A stretch of DNA of 63,465 nucleotides, counting the filler, from Globobulimina sp. (Eukaryota), in assembly GCA_003354225.1 (NCBI GenBank). It is 33 parts of 33 records of this genome, joined end to end, with 100 filler letters (N's around TTAATTAATTAA, not from the genome) between each part and the next. Parts side by side here need not be neighbours in the genome. Positions count along the whole stretch, not along the records: positions 48,166 to 49,990 come from PIVH01011495.1; positions 50,091 to 51,915 come from PIVH01011496.1; positions 52,016 to 53,840 come from PIVH01011497.1; positions 53,941 to 55,765 come from PIVH01011498.1; positions 55,866 to 57,690 come from PIVH01011499.1; positions 57,791 to 59,615 come from PIVH01011500.1; positions 59,716 to 61,540 come from PIVH01011501.1; 26 more parts are not named here. One strand, written 5' to 3'. Below, piece after piece: positions 49,514 to 61,315 of this stretch. The notes under the pieces are model-generated. The model searched no databases. It worked only from the letters and a program-made list of their open reading frames with translations, and was not told where the DNA came from. Each line of letters starts with the position of its first letter. Position 1 is the stretch's first letter. The position numbers and the translations under genes were made by a program.

Positions 49514-50090
49514 TCCCAATAAAGGATTTTCAAAACAATTAGTTGAATTTGAGAAACAATTATTTGATGGAAAAACAACTGTTAATCAAATTGAAGAAAG
49601 AGGTATTAGAGATTTAACGCAATATAGAAAGTTTTTAAAAGGAAAAGGGAAAAAACAAAAAAATGAAGCACTTGTCCTTAAACAATCGGTAAAAGCGTAT
49701 TTTACACAACAAGAAGGAAAATAATAATTGACCTATTAACGGAACAATATAAAGGCATTCACTCTGTCACACACCCTCTGTCACTAAAAACGTTGTTAGA
49801 TTTTACATGACTGTCAGTTTACTTACAATTGATTATGAATTTAAAATTGGATAGACTTACTGTATTGTATATGTATAGTGCATAATGAAGGTTAAGCAAG
49901 TTTAATTAAAAGGTAACGAATTTTATTATAGACGAAACAGCATAACTTAGATTTGATGTCATCCGAAGAGCGTTTTCAGACGGATGTGCTNNNNNNNNNN
50001 NNNNNNNNNNNNNNNNNNNNNNNNNNNNNNNNNNTTAATTAATTAANNNNNNNNNNNNNNNNNNNNNNNNNNNNNNNNNNNNNNNNNNNN

Positions 50091-50467
50091 ATTTGCGCAA
50101 TGTCTGTGTGGTGTTGATGCTTATTTCTATAATATTTATTTGCCGCATATATATATCCAGAAGATCCAAACAAAAAATTATTGAACACAATACAAGCACT
50201 GCATACTCACAATCTGACAAACAAACGAAACGTGTTCAATTGGAACTAGGTCCGGTAAAATCAAGTAAATCAACTCCATTGCAAACAGATATGGTATATA
50301 TTGGCGAGGAACCAAATAATGGATTAGTACAACAAACTGTGAATGGGAATCATAAGATAGATTTACGCGAATCAGGTGATGATGCTGACGATGATGATGT
50401 GGTCGATGATATTAACGAATATATGGATGCATTTGAGCCATTTGCCAAATCAACAAACACAATCTGA
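50091..50467 (+). CDS. C-terminal fragment of a single-pass membrane protein
   Basis: TM helix followed by an RR stop-transfer and an acidic tail. Confidence 0.5.
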
Positions 50468-50928
50468 AGGAGTGAAAATTTTACAACAGAAGCTATTTTC
50501 GTCTGAATAAAAACTGCTTGTCCTTTATATTATAGTACTAGATATTTTTTTTTACGGTGATTTGAAGTCACTAAAACAAAGTTTTCAATTTGCTCCATAC
50601 AATATTTATTAAATCAATCATGATAAAACACAATAAACTAAAAATGCTTACATGAGAATATCTGTGGTGCTTGAACCACGATCCCGTTGTTTGACTAATA
50701 AAGTTTTTGATTTCTTAATTACATTGTTCTAACTAAAAAAACTTGTACTTCACCATTTAAACAATACTCACTTTATACAAGACATACTGAGACAATATTA
50801 CAATTGGAGGGTGTGACTCGCTTTCTACAAAGGCGGAATTAGCATTAAACATGCAGTTATATATATTTTATATGCCCAAAAGGGTCCTTATATAAGACAT
50901 GCATGTCCTTTACATATTTGTATAATAC

Positions 50929-51127
50929 GTGAGCACTGGTCGTCAGCTCTGCTATCATGCATCACTTTAGTGTACTTGATTTGAAAGGGACGAAGCCAAG
51001 ACACGTATAATACTGTTACGGAATAATTGTGAGTACTGGTCGTCAGCTCTGCTATCATGCATCACTTTAGTGTACTTGATTTGAAAGGGACGAGCCAAGA
51101 CACGTATAATACTTACGGAATAATTGT
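50929..51127. repeat. Tandem duplication of a 100-nt unit
   Basis: GTGAG(C/T)ACTGGTCGTCAGCTCTGCTATCATGC... starts at 50929 and 51029, with small indels. Confidence 0.92.
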
Positions 51128-51338
51128 AGACGTATAATATGGCGTATAAATAATGCAGGTTCACACGGGCGACATAATGCATTTATTTGTCCATATATAC
51201 GGTCTAATAATTTTATATTTTAATTATTCGTGTAAATATGACGTAAATGACGTGTAGAAATGACGTATATTACGTATTAATTTTATATTAATATTACGTA
51301 TTAAGTTTATATGTATTTTAATATTTCTGTGTGTCGAT

Positions 51339-51497
51339 CTCATAACCAGATGACACAATAGCTTACACGCCTCATAACCGGGCAGTAATGTACGTACAGC
51401 CTCATATCCGGGCAGCACCATTATATTTATGGTAATAACAGCCTCATATCCGGGCAACACCATTGTATTTATGGTAGTAATAGTCTCATATCCGGAC
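51339..51497. repeat. Array of five CTCATA(A/T)CCRG motifs (51339, 51371, 51401, 51443, 51485)
   Basis: Spacing 32/30/42/42 nt; the two 42-nt units contain ACCAT..ATGGT inverted repeats. Confidence 0.85.
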
Positions 51498-51578
51498 CGC
51501 AATATATTTAAATGTAGAATAATAATAAATAATATTAACCTACATATTTGTACATATTTCTAAATAGATAATTGAAAT

Positions 51579-51830
51579 ATGTCAGTAAAAAAGCAAAATA
51601 GAAGAGATAAGGAATTATCCATAGCATCGCGTATGCTGGAATTATCAAATCCAGAAGCATTTGATGTAAAATTCACTGGAAATCCACGACAAACATTAGC
51701 ATACATATTTGCAGCCAAATTATTTTTAAAAGTAAATAGTTACAAAGATCCAGGCGTAAAATTTGCGCGTATCTTTAATTCGTTAGATACCGAAATTCAA
51801 ACATTATTTATGTTAGAATATTTTTTTTAA
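51579..51830 (+). CDS. Possible retrotransposon Gag-like N-terminus, truncated
   Basis: PEAFDVKFTGNPRQTLAYIFAAKLFLKVN..KD..VKF resembles the Gag P..F.G.....F......F pattern (weak). Confidence 0.35.
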   Translation: MSVKKQNRRDKELSIASRMLELSNPEAFDVKFTGNPRQTLAYIFAAKLFLKVNSYKDPGVKFARIFNSLDTEIQTLFMLEYFF

Positions 51831-52400
51831 AGGAGAGGGAAAACTGTGCTTTAGAACTTGTGTTAATTAAAGTCGGGGGTTGGCATCTCTTCGGCTTGTC
51901 TCCTTAAAGGATTTANNNNNNNNNNNNNNNNNNNNNNNNNNNNNNNNNNNNNNNNNNNNTTAATTAATTAANNNNNNNNNNNNNNNNNNNNNNNNNNNNN
52001 NNNNNNNNNNNNNNNATATCTTGAAAATACTATCTTTGCAATCATCCATTTTGACGAACGGATGCCTCAGCTGAGGCTCAGCCCACTAAAAAAAAAGATT
52101 GAAAAACATACTTTAATTCTACTAGCTTCTATCATATTTTGCAGGATTTGTTGTCAGAATCTATAAAAGAAACATAAAAAAAGAAAAAAAAACTTAAAAT
52201 CAAAACCAAATTAGGTTAATAATGTTTTTTCAGTGACAGCCCGTTATTATTTAGCAAAAGCATGCTCAAACATCGCAGCTTTTGGATTTAGAAACTCTTT
52301 CTGACACTGCTTAGTATCAACATCTGTTAGTATCGATACAGCATTGTTTTACCTTTTCAATCACTACATGTTAGGAAAGGAGTGGTTATGAAGTGGTCAA

Positions 52401-53402
52401 TCAATCGCAGCATTCAATCAATCTCAACAGCAAACTAACAAAACCTATGTAGTGTCCAGTATCAGTTTCGCGGTCTACGTAATGTCTGAGCCGCCGGTTG
52501 GTGTTTCTCCAAACAGGTTCCAATAAATTCCTTATTTCCCCGATATCCCAATTAACATAATTCTCCTGTTCATCCATGGTGAAATTTAATAGCCGGCCTC
52601 CAATCATTTTGGCAACGTCACACAGCGGATGCTGTACAAAACAATTCTCGGCAACAATACTGAGGGCAGAAACAGCCAAAGCATATAAATCAGCGCAAGC
52701 CGCCAGACGCTTGGAAGTCTCATCAGCGGTGAAATTATAAAGTGTCACGTTATTCGCATCTGTGTACATGCTGTTTTCCTGAATTTGCACTGAATATGGA
52801 GACAAATACGAGAGTGTGCCCAAGAAATCAGAGTCCTTAAAAGCGCTGTCATCGACACCTAATACAACAGCAAAACCAAAGTCCACCAAATAAAATTGCC
52901 GGCTCCCACCACAATAGATAATGTTTGCTGGTTTTATATCATTATGATAAATATTTTCCGCATGCAGCGGTCTTAATGCTCTGTATTCAATTTGTTGTAT
53001 CATACGAGACACAAAAGCAATGAGCAGAGGCAGCGACTGTTGCAGGTAAATCCGTTGCATATCCACACCATCGATGTAGTCCATCACCAAATTGGGATAG
53101 CCAATGTCCGCCATATCCGCTCGCAAATGAGCTATTTGAAGAGCACTATGATGCGGCAATGTTGCTATCAATGTTAAAACAGCCTTTTCTGCGATGTACG
53201 AAGCTTCAGTGATTGCACCAAGTTCTTGAAAAAACACTTTTAATGCAACATCATTATTGGTTGGTAGATCACACATTTGTGCGTGATACACATCGCCGTA
53301 TGTACCGGATGCTATTTTACGAAGCATTTGACAGGCTGTGATATTTTGAAATTTTACATTTGTTGATCTAATCATAAGCGATTCGCACGCACGCTTTCCC
53401 AC
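52401..53402 (-). CDS. Divergent Ser/Thr protein kinase, start uncertain
   Basis: IASGTYGDVY, VALK, YHNDIKPANI, LVDFG, GTLSYLSP and DLYALA. Confidence 0.9.
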   Translation of the reverse strand: MGKRACESLMIRSTNVKFQNITACQMLRKIASGTYGDVYHAQMCDLPTNNDVALKVFFQELGAITEASYIAEKAVLTLIATLPHHSALQIAHLRADMADIGYPNLVMDYIDGVDMQRIYLQQSLPLLIAFVSRMIQQIEYRALRPLHAENIYHNDIKPANIIYCGGSRQFYLVDFGFAVVLGVDDSAFKDSDFLGTLSYLSPYSVQIQENSMYTDANNVTLYNFTADETSKRLAACADLYALAVSALSIVAENCFVQHPLCDVAKMIGGRLLNFTMDEQENYVNWDIGEIRNLLEPVWRNTNRRLRHYVDRETDTGHYIGFVSLLLRLIECCD

Positions 53403-54635
53403 AAAAGCTAAATCCGAATGTTTAGCAGGAGATAGTTCTGTTTCTCATTGGTATGATTGGTAGATATTGAACGGGAATATTGTAATATGCAACGAAAGCT
53501 GTGATTGTGAAACGGGAAAAAATTGTTTGGTGTATTGGGTTTATGGACGCTGTCATCGCAAAAAAAATAAAACACAACAAAAAATTAAATGCATGCAGTA
53601 TGGTTTTTTTATATAATATTAGTATTATTTAGTTTTTTTGAATTACCAATGCTTCTTTACATCCAATTTGTTTCTTTTGATGAACATAATCAAATTGTTT
53701 TAATTCCCAACCTTTTTCTATAAATATTTTTGCATTTTGTGTAATAAAATGATTGATAGAATCCTTTGGTTTAATAATCTCTAATCGAGTAAATATTGAA
53801 TGTGGCATTTTATTCATCATATCAATGCATACAAATATTTNNNNNNNNNNNNNNNNNNNNNNNNNNNNNNNNNNNNNNNNNNNNTTAATTAATTAANNNN
53901 NNNNNNNNNNNNNNNNNNNNNNNNNNNNNNNNNNNNNNNNAACGAATCTGTCCAATTACCTTTGCGCCATATTTCCGCTGCCTAACTGTGATCTTTCTGG
54001 ATTCTAATATTGATTCAATGGCTCCATCCGAGTCATGTGGTGGCTTTAATTCTGTATTGGTTTGGTGGCTTCGAATAGTAAATGCTGTATCAATCATTAT
54101 CTTAAATGGAGGCAAGTCTGTTTTGGTCGCATTGCTGATATATATTTGAAAATTGAAGTAATGTTTGAGATGAATGCCATTCGATGTTGATATTGCTTGT
54201 ATACAGTATCATATTGTGTTGATTACCAACGACATATAATCCATTTTCATTTACTGCAATCCATCCGGGCGCATTGCTCCTTGTTGCTATGTTTGTTTTT
54301 TTTGTGTATATAATAATAATAAATGTGTTTGCCGATTAAAATCGGATTGATTCTGACATATAATCCGCAGATACGCCGATTAATAATGTCTTCTTTCTGT
54401 TGCCGGCCTAAAATATGTCTTTAATGACTCGATTAGATTCAAACAGGAACTTTTGCTTTAAAGTTGCCATAATGATAAAGTAGTTGAATAAGGCCATTAT
54501 TCCGATATCATATCGCAACATTTGTAAAACCAGCAAAGAAATATGCTGCTCGATAATTGCAGGCCAATTTAATTGCATTTGCAGCACGGCCACTATATAT
54601 TGCATAGTTTCATTGTGCTGTATTTATCACATAAA

Positions 54636-55232
54636 TCATTTTAATCCTTTCAGTTGTTTGAAGCAGAAAGTGCTGAGTTTGGTGATGGTGTCCAATGTTT
54701 GTTGGCAATTATTTATAGCGGATATGCAATGAATTGAATATTTTCTACTTTTTATCTGATTTAATTGCAATATGTTGATTATTTGCTGTTTATTGTTTAC
54801 TTTGCTTAAATCTGTTTTATTGCAATATATTAACAACGGCAATGATTTTAACTGTTTTTCATTCAATATATTAAAATGTAACACGTTTCTGCATAATGTC
54901 ATTCGTGATTTGTCATTAGAATCAAATACAAAAATGATACCCTTTATATTCTTAAAATAATTCTTCCAAAGAGCTCGCATGGCGGCACCACCGCCGATAT
55001 CGGTTACTTTTAATGATGCTATGATTTCAACATTATATCCAATAGTTGCTACATAAAGGGGTTGTTTTGGTGATGCTATTGTCTCATTCATATCCTTTGT
55101 CTTTCCATTTGTTTCTTCATCCACTCTTAATCTATTTGAGTCACTCAACAATTTATACAATAGCGTAGTCTTACCGGCACCGTCCAAACCTAGCATTATG
55201 ACGTTTGGTGTTTGTAGTTGGGTGTTACCCAT
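54636..55232 (-). CDS. Divergent Arf/Arl-family small GTPase
   Basis: MG start, LGLDGAGKTT, TIGYNVE, DIGGG, LWKNYF, NKTD and CISA. Confidence 0.9.
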   Translation of the reverse strand: MGNTQLQTPNVIMLGLDGAGKTTLLYKLLSDSNRLRVDEETNGKTKDMNETIASPKQPLYVATIGYNVEIIASLKVTDIGGGAAMRALWKNYFKNIKGIIFVFDSNDKSRMTLCRNVLHFNILNEKQLKSLPLLIYCNKTDLSKVNNKQQIINILQLNQIKSRKYSIHCISAINNCQQTLDTITKLSTFCFKQLKGLK

Positions 55233-55922
55233 GTTCGGAAAACATTAATTAACTGTGTCACAATGTTTTTCAAAATGTAAACAGACCATGGCACTCCTGT
55301 CAGACCAAACGAACAGAAATGTAGTGTTGTGGAAAGCAATCTGATATATCCAACTGCTTTCAATTTGTTAAACAAACATACACTGCATTGACTGCAAAAT
55401 ATCAATCAAAACATTATACATTTACGGTAAACTGCAGTGCGGTTCATATCATACATCAGAGCGAGCAATATGTGAAGTCATTAGATTTGCTGTATAATAT
55501 TCTTTATGATTTCTCCATATGTTTCAAATTCTATTATATTTATTGTATTTTTATGAGGATTCAAGAATTTTCTGGATATTATTTATATTTATTTTTACAG
55601 GGATATTTATGATATTATTTTATTATTTTTATGGTTGGTCGTTAGGTGTTTTTCAACACCATGGCCAGTCCACAATTAATTCTGTAAGGAACTGACCTTT
55701 TATCCTAAATCCTCTTGATTTATTGTATCTAACTTATTAGGTACTCCTTACTTTAAAACTTTACTNNNNNNNNNNNNNNNNNNNNNNNNNNNNNNNNNNN
55801 NNNNNNNNNTTAATTAATTAANNNNNNNNNNNNNNNNNNNNNNNNNNNNNNNNNNNNNNNNNNNNATTTACAATACTAATACTACTAGAAAACTCACACT
55901 GACTTGATCGATGACATAGGCA

Positions 55923-57095
55923 ATGACTCTTGATCTAAGTGATTCAATTCAATCAATTAAAGCGCATACAGGAAAAAATGACGATGATGAACATGGCGAT
56001 TTATCAATATACACTCAATCACTCGCAAGTATTGAACCATATAACTATGGCTACATTCGATCATATCAACGATACGTTTATTGCAATAGTGTACGTTTTA
56101 TTTTAATTTGTGGAGTTGTGTTAGGAATAGCAATTAAGAGACAAATGACATTTCAGAACTATTACAATGCAGACAGATGCTGTTTTTGTTTTGAAATGGC
56201 ATACATTAATGACCGATACCCATCTCACAATCATACCATCTTCGAATGGGCCGCCTGCGAATATGATATTGCCATCAAACAAAGAAATATTGAAAATGAA
56301 TGTTTTGATGGCTCGAAATTCGAACATCCAGAAAATATCAGCAATTTATCCACTGATTTTGACATCTTTGCAGCAAAATATTATTATATAATCACTGCAC
56401 TCATTGTTTTTGTGATTGCATTCATATATTCGATAATTACAATATATCGAGCATGCAACACCAAGAATATTAGAAATCTAATGAGGGATTGTTTATATCA
56501 TTTAGTATATAATATTATTATTTCAATTATGTGTTTCTATCAAATATTAATTGATTATCAATATCACAAACAACATTTCATATTTTACCAAAATGGAGAT
56601 TTACCAAAACCAATATTGAAAGAAGCTGACTGTTATATAAATGCATTGAATAATAGGACAGAAAATATTATTAAAGGTGTATTGATATCAGGCGGTGTCT
56701 ATTTTGTTATGCCATGTTTTGTCGAATGTTTTTTGCATTTTTCTGAAGATAACCGGATAGAAAAGATATTGCGAGCAAAATATAATTGGTTAATGTTTGT
56801 TTTTGGAACTGTAATTACTTTGACATTCCTTGGCATTGTTATTTATTTTACTTATTATGTATTGCAATTGAAAAATAATGAATGGCCCGCAACTATTTTA
56901 GTAATAGCAATTGATATTGGATTAATATTATCTTTTTTTGATATATTATTTTTTAATATTCGCGATTATGCAAAAATACCTTTTATGAAAATATTGAAAT
57001 CAGTTTGTTGTTGTTATTATAGACTGTATCCCGACATACAACAAGATGATCATAACTTTGTTGCGTATAGATATCCATCTGATTCATACAATTAA
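55923..57095 (+). CDS. Hypothetical multi-pass membrane protein
   Basis: Complete 390-aa ORF with about 6 hydrophobic segments and a Cys-rich loop. Confidence 0.7.
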   Translation: MTLDLSDSIQSIKAHTGKNDDDEHGDLSIYTQSLASIEPYNYGYIRSYQRYVYCNSVRFILICGVVLGIAIKRQMTFQNYYNADRCCFCFEMAYINDRYPSHNHTIFEWAACEYDIAIKQRNIENECFDGSKFEHPENISNLSTDFDIFAAKYYYIITALIVFVIAFIYSIITIYRACNTKNIRNLMRDCLYHLVYNIIISIMCFYQILIDYQYHKQHFIFYQNGDLPKPILKEADCYINALNNRTENIIKGVLISGGVYFVMPCFVECFLHFSEDNRIEKILRAKYNWLMFVFGTVITLTFLGIVIYFTYYVLQLKNNEWPATILVIAIDIGLILSFFDILFFNIRDYAKIPFMKILKSVCCCYYRLYPDIQQDDHNFVAYRYPSDSYN

Positions 57096-57356
57096 TCGTA
57101 AGTTGTAAATATGTATTTTATTGTGAATACTGTTAACATTACATGTCGTTAAATACTTTGCGACTCATTCAGTTCAGATTATCCTTGCACACCAGGAACA
57201 GAGTGATAACAAATACGTATACAAACATATATTTCGTCATTTTAGTGTCATATGTGTGACATTTCGTTGCCGTACGTAAAATTCAAAAAACTAAATTTAA
57301 ACATGAAGAAAACAACAACAAAAAACAAACACGTGCACACATAAAAAAACAAGTAC

Positions 57357-57690
57357 TTAGTTGTTAACAATAAGCCGTTTATCAAACAAAACTAGCTGCG
57401 AGACATTTATTTTGCAATCGGATATATTTATCATAATATCGACCCTATTTCTGATGATACCCTGCAATGCGGCATTTAACATAATCGCGCCTTGTGATGT
57501 TATATTCTTATTTCCATTAAGATACAACTCACACAATGTATGATAAGGATACAATTCATAAAAATTAACAATATATTTCGCCGTTAGATCCGACACATTT
57601 GTCCATTGAATATATAATTTTTTCAAATGTGGACATTTTTTCGCAATCCCTTTATTTAGTAATAAATAAATTGAGTTATCCTCAATCTGT
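57357..57690 (-). CDS. Leucine-rich repeat protein C-terminal fragment
   Basis: LKKLYIQWTNVSD and LCELYLNGNKNIT..G...L repeats. Confidence 0.7.
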
Positions 57691-58116
57691 NNNNNNNNNN
57701 NNNNNNNNNNNNNNNNNNNNNNNNNNNNNNNNNNTTAATTAATTAANNNNNNNNNNNNNNNNNNNNNNNNNNNNNNNNNNNNNNNNNNNNATGTGAAGAA
57801 CTATTCATTTATAAAGAACCGGTTCTTCACTCATTAAATAAAACCAAGTATAAATTTCAATTTTGTTAACGGTGAAGAATCCTTTAATCTATATAGTATA
57901 TATCTTCTCAACGCGTTTTTTGTTCTTGGATCATTCTTCAAAAAACCTACTTTGAAATAACAGTTTGCAACAAGTCATCATAACTCTGAGTGCAAGGATT
58001 AAGAAATATTTTTATTATGGCGGTGTTTTATCATAATCTAAAGTCATTATCGAATATTCGAAAAAATAATTATCAAAAAAAAATACATACAACAACAAGC
58101 CAAAAAACAACAACAT

Positions 58117-59193
58117 TCAGTCATCAATAGGAACGGCAAACGGTTTATAATTTTTTTTCGCATTTTCCCAATAATGCAATGTTTGATCAGAGCCATTTTC
58201 CTTGCAATGCTGCACAACAAACGTATTCATCAATTCCTTAAATTTCTTCTCTAACTGCATGCTCGCCAAATGCACCGCGTGCACAGAAGTATTATATAAC
58301 CGCGCATTGATAAACACCAACTCACAGTCTCTCAGCAACGCATCCAATGTATTATATTCATGGCGCGCTAATCTGCTGCAAATGGTGCCATAATCGGATG
58401 GCAATGGACACACTAAATAATAATTTGGCGCTGAATGCTTTATTTCATCCACAGGCTCCCAAAACCACCCACTATTTTTCACTTGTCTTTTAAGGGAAAA
58501 TAATTTTTTCAGCGCGGCCTCATTCCACTTATTTTCCACCCTTTGTTTCTTTAATGGTATGGTATGCATTGATAATGAGAACTCATTCTTTCGTTTCCGG
58601 GATTTCATCTCAATGTCGCTATTATGCATATTGTCCCTCTCAATCTGCGATATTAACTGGATCTCATCATTTGGTTCATATTCAATGGATGGCGAAGCGT
58701 TTGGTGATGGCATTTGTAATGGATTGCTATTGTCGGCGGTTTGTGGCGTTCTATGGTTTAAATCAATATCTTCATCATTGGCAGGCATGTTTATGCGTGA
58801 TAGGTTCATGTTATTTGTTGCTGTGTCGTGCACAGTATTTTGTATATGATTGTTAAGGTTCTGTATGATATTATTTGCATGGATGAGGGAGTCGGTGGTT
58901 GCAGTGTTGATGTTATTTATTTGTGGTAATGTTTGTAGGTAATTATTGATATTGTTGTTATCGAGTGGTGATAATATTGCTTGTTGTGGTTGTGTTTGGC
59001 TTTCTGGGTTGTTATTAACTGTGGTAATTGACGTAGAGCCAGTGTGTTGTAAGCGATCTTGTGCAACTTTTAAATCTTCTTCTAAGCCTTCCACATCCCA
59101 CGAATGTTGCTCTTCGTCAAAATAATCGTCGCGGGACACTTCTGCATCGATCTCTTTTAATTGTTGAAATAAACGTAATCCAATATTGCTCAT
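58117..59193 (-). CDS. Bromodomain-containing protein
   Basis: GWFWEPVD, PNYY, PSDYGTI..RL, DCELVFINARLYN with the conserved acetyl-lysine-binding Asn; NLS-like KSRKRK. Confidence 0.9.
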   Translation of the reverse strand: MSNIGLRLFQQLKEIDAEVSRDDYFDEEQHSWDVEGLEEDLKVAQDRLQHTGSTSITTVNNNPESQTQPQQAILSPLDNNNINNYLQTLPQINNINTATTDSLIHANNIIQNLNNHIQNTVHDTATNNMNLSRINMPANDEDIDLNHRTPQTADNSNPLQMPSPNASPSIEYEPNDEIQLISQIERDNMHNSDIEMKSRKRKNEFSLSMHTIPLKKQRVENKWNEAALKKLFSLKRQVKNSGWFWEPVDEIKHSAPNYYLVCPLPSDYGTICSRLARHEYNTLDALLRDCELVFINARLYNTSVHAVHLASMQLEKKFKELMNTFVVQHCKENGSDQTLHYWENAKKNYKPFAVPIDD

Positions 59194-60172
59194 TGCAGTT
59201 TCGACACAGCTTGTTTGACGAAAGGATGTTTACTGAGTCAAGCGGCGATTGGTTTTTTATTTTAGATAAAAAAAACAGTTATTCGCAGTGCCAAGCATGA
59301 TCAGCTGCCTTTTTCACTTTTTTTTGTCATTTTGGTGAATAAAATAATCATGCAAAGATTGAACAAAACTGCACAAATTGTAGAGCAAAACAAAGAAAAA
59401 CAGATAATTTTAGTGTTGAAAAAAAAGTTAATGAAATTGATGAGCGAAATAATATGAAACTACATAATAATAAATACCTTACATAGGAAAGACAAGAAAT
59501 CAGTAACATGGGATATATCAGTAATTGATAATGAATTTATGAGTAAAAAAAAATCAAATAACTGCTGCATTTATCATAAACAGCGCACATGGGATGAATC
59601 AGATACAGATGAAACNNNNNNNNNNNNNNNNNNNNNNNNNNNNNNNNNNNNNNNNNNNNTTAATTAATTAANNNNNNNNNNNNNNNNNNNNNNNNNNNNN
59701 NNNNNNNNNNNNNNNATAAGTGTTGTTGTTGTTGTTTAAAAGTTGTATGAACGTATTAACTTTTTTGGCTTAACGATATATTTGTTCTGACTTTGTTCTG
59801 GATTATATTAAATAAATATTAATATATTAATTTTTAACCAATCAACACATATTCCAATAACACATTTAAACAATTATGCAATTCACAAAAATGTAAAATT
59901 ACTGTTTTGTTAACATTATATGCAAAATCAGCTCTCACCAAAATATAGATTGAAGGAAACTTGTTTGAGTAGTTTGAGAGAAATCAAGATATTTACATTT
60001 TTAACAAATTCAACAAAAAGGGTAGATGCTATCGAAAATAGTACTTTTTGCACATCACAAACAAATGATGACATCAACGTACGCACAACTCTCATTACAG
60101 ATCCAACTGATCAAAATTTCGAAAAAATATAAAATAATTAATTTACAATCATCATTTGCTCAAATTTGCTTT

Positions 60173-61315
60173 TCAGCTTTTTTGGTTTTTATCCGTATAT
60201 ATTCCACAATTATCTAACATTTTTGCTAGAAAATATGCAGATGTTGAACCTGCTGCATTTTTAGCAATAATCCATGTTTTTAAATCTTTCCCATCACCAT
60301 ATTTATAAATAGCCCATTTTCTTTTCACTAACTCCAAATCAGTCTCCATTCTCTGTATAAAAATATTTGCAATTTGCTTTCGATGTTTCTTATATTGTTT
60401 GCCTAACATTTTTATCTTTTTCGCATAATAACCGGGTGTATCCAACGCAAATAAAATACGCGTTTTACAAAAATATCCAGAAGTTGATTTTGACCCTAAC
60501 TTCTTATCCATGAATATTGTCAAACTATCCTTTGATTTTAACTTAAACTCATCATTCAAAACCTTAATATACTCCACAGAATTTGCAGTAAATATCATCA
60601 CCAATCTCTCCTTTGTTTCACCTTTAAACGTCTTTGTTGTTAATACAAAATCTAAATCTGAATCCACATCAAGGAAATCGATATCTGCCAATTCTTTTCT
60701 ATCTAAATCAAATATTCCACCAATCACTTTCACCAATGTCTTTTTTTTATCTTTTTGCGCTAATGCTTGCAACTGTTTCTTCACATTCAATTTACATTTC
60801 TTCTTATATGCATCATGCAATTCCTGCAACTGAAATATACTGCGACAACAAATAATATCTGCTACAGGCTCAATATCCCAATTTGCCACACATTCACTGA
60901 TTAACATAGCATCATATTGTGCTCGTGTCATTAATAAAGCATGTATTATTTCGAGCGTATGTCCCTTGACAATTATTTTTTTAATATCCTTTTCTAAACT
61001 TAAACCATACTGCGTACGATATGCGTGTATTAATGTCTGTCGATACGATTCAGAGCGTGAGGTTAACATACTGGCCAATCGATGTTTTAATTGTTTAACC
61101 GCTGTTTTGGAATCGATTTTTTGTCCACGTAACCATGAATATATATGTGTAGCTGCAGAAGTTGCATCATAATCTATTTCATAGTTCAAGCCTAAGATCA
61201 TGGCATCCTTCCTTTGTAAGGTTTGATAATCATCACTGCCACTCACAGTATATTCAGTATCGCTGCCATCTGTACCACTCACAGTATGTTCCTGGCGCGG
61301 TGAATTTCTATTGAC
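60173..61315 (-). CDS. Annexin-like protein; true 5' end unclear
   Basis: LTSRSESYRQTLIHAYRTQYGLSLEKDIK, QYDAMLI, IICCRS..QLQELHDAY, YYAKKI and IFIQRMETDL annexin repeats. Confidence 0.85.
   Translation of the reverse strand, partial: VNRNSPRQEHTVSGTDGSDTEYTVSGSDDYQTLQRKDAMILGLNYEIDYDATSAATHIYSWLRGQKIDSKTAVKQLKHRLASMLTSRSESYRQTLIHAYRTQYGLSLEKDIKKIIVKGHTLEIIHALLMTRAQYDAMLISECVANWDIEPVADIICCRSIFQLQELHDAYKKKCKLNVKKQLQALAQKDKKKTLVKVIGGIFDLDRKELADIDFLDVDSDLDFVLTTKTFKGETKERLVMIFTANSVEYIKVLNDEFKLKSKDSLTIFMDKKLGSKSTSGYFCKTRILFALDTPGYYAKKIKMLGKQYKKHRKQIANIFIQRMETDLELVKRKWAIYKYGDGKDLKTWIIAKNAAGSTSAYFLAKMLDNCGIYTDKNQKS

Noticed and set aside
50929-51127. Hammerhead ribozyme in the 100-nt repeat
   Set aside because: CTGACGA is on the minus strand and GGGACGAA on the plus strand; no single strand has CUGANGA-stem II-GAAA in order.
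51339-51497. CRISPR array
   Set aside because: The repeat core is only about 11-15 nt, spacing is irregular, the spacers resemble each other, and no cas genes are present.
2171-58000. ATCCTTGCAC near four apparent stop codons (2171, 14732, 57181, about 57990) as a 3' UTR element
   Set aside because: Two copies are probably coding: one after a 37-nt intron at 2124-2160 and one in the frameshifted ORF at 14676. Too few remain to support a motif.
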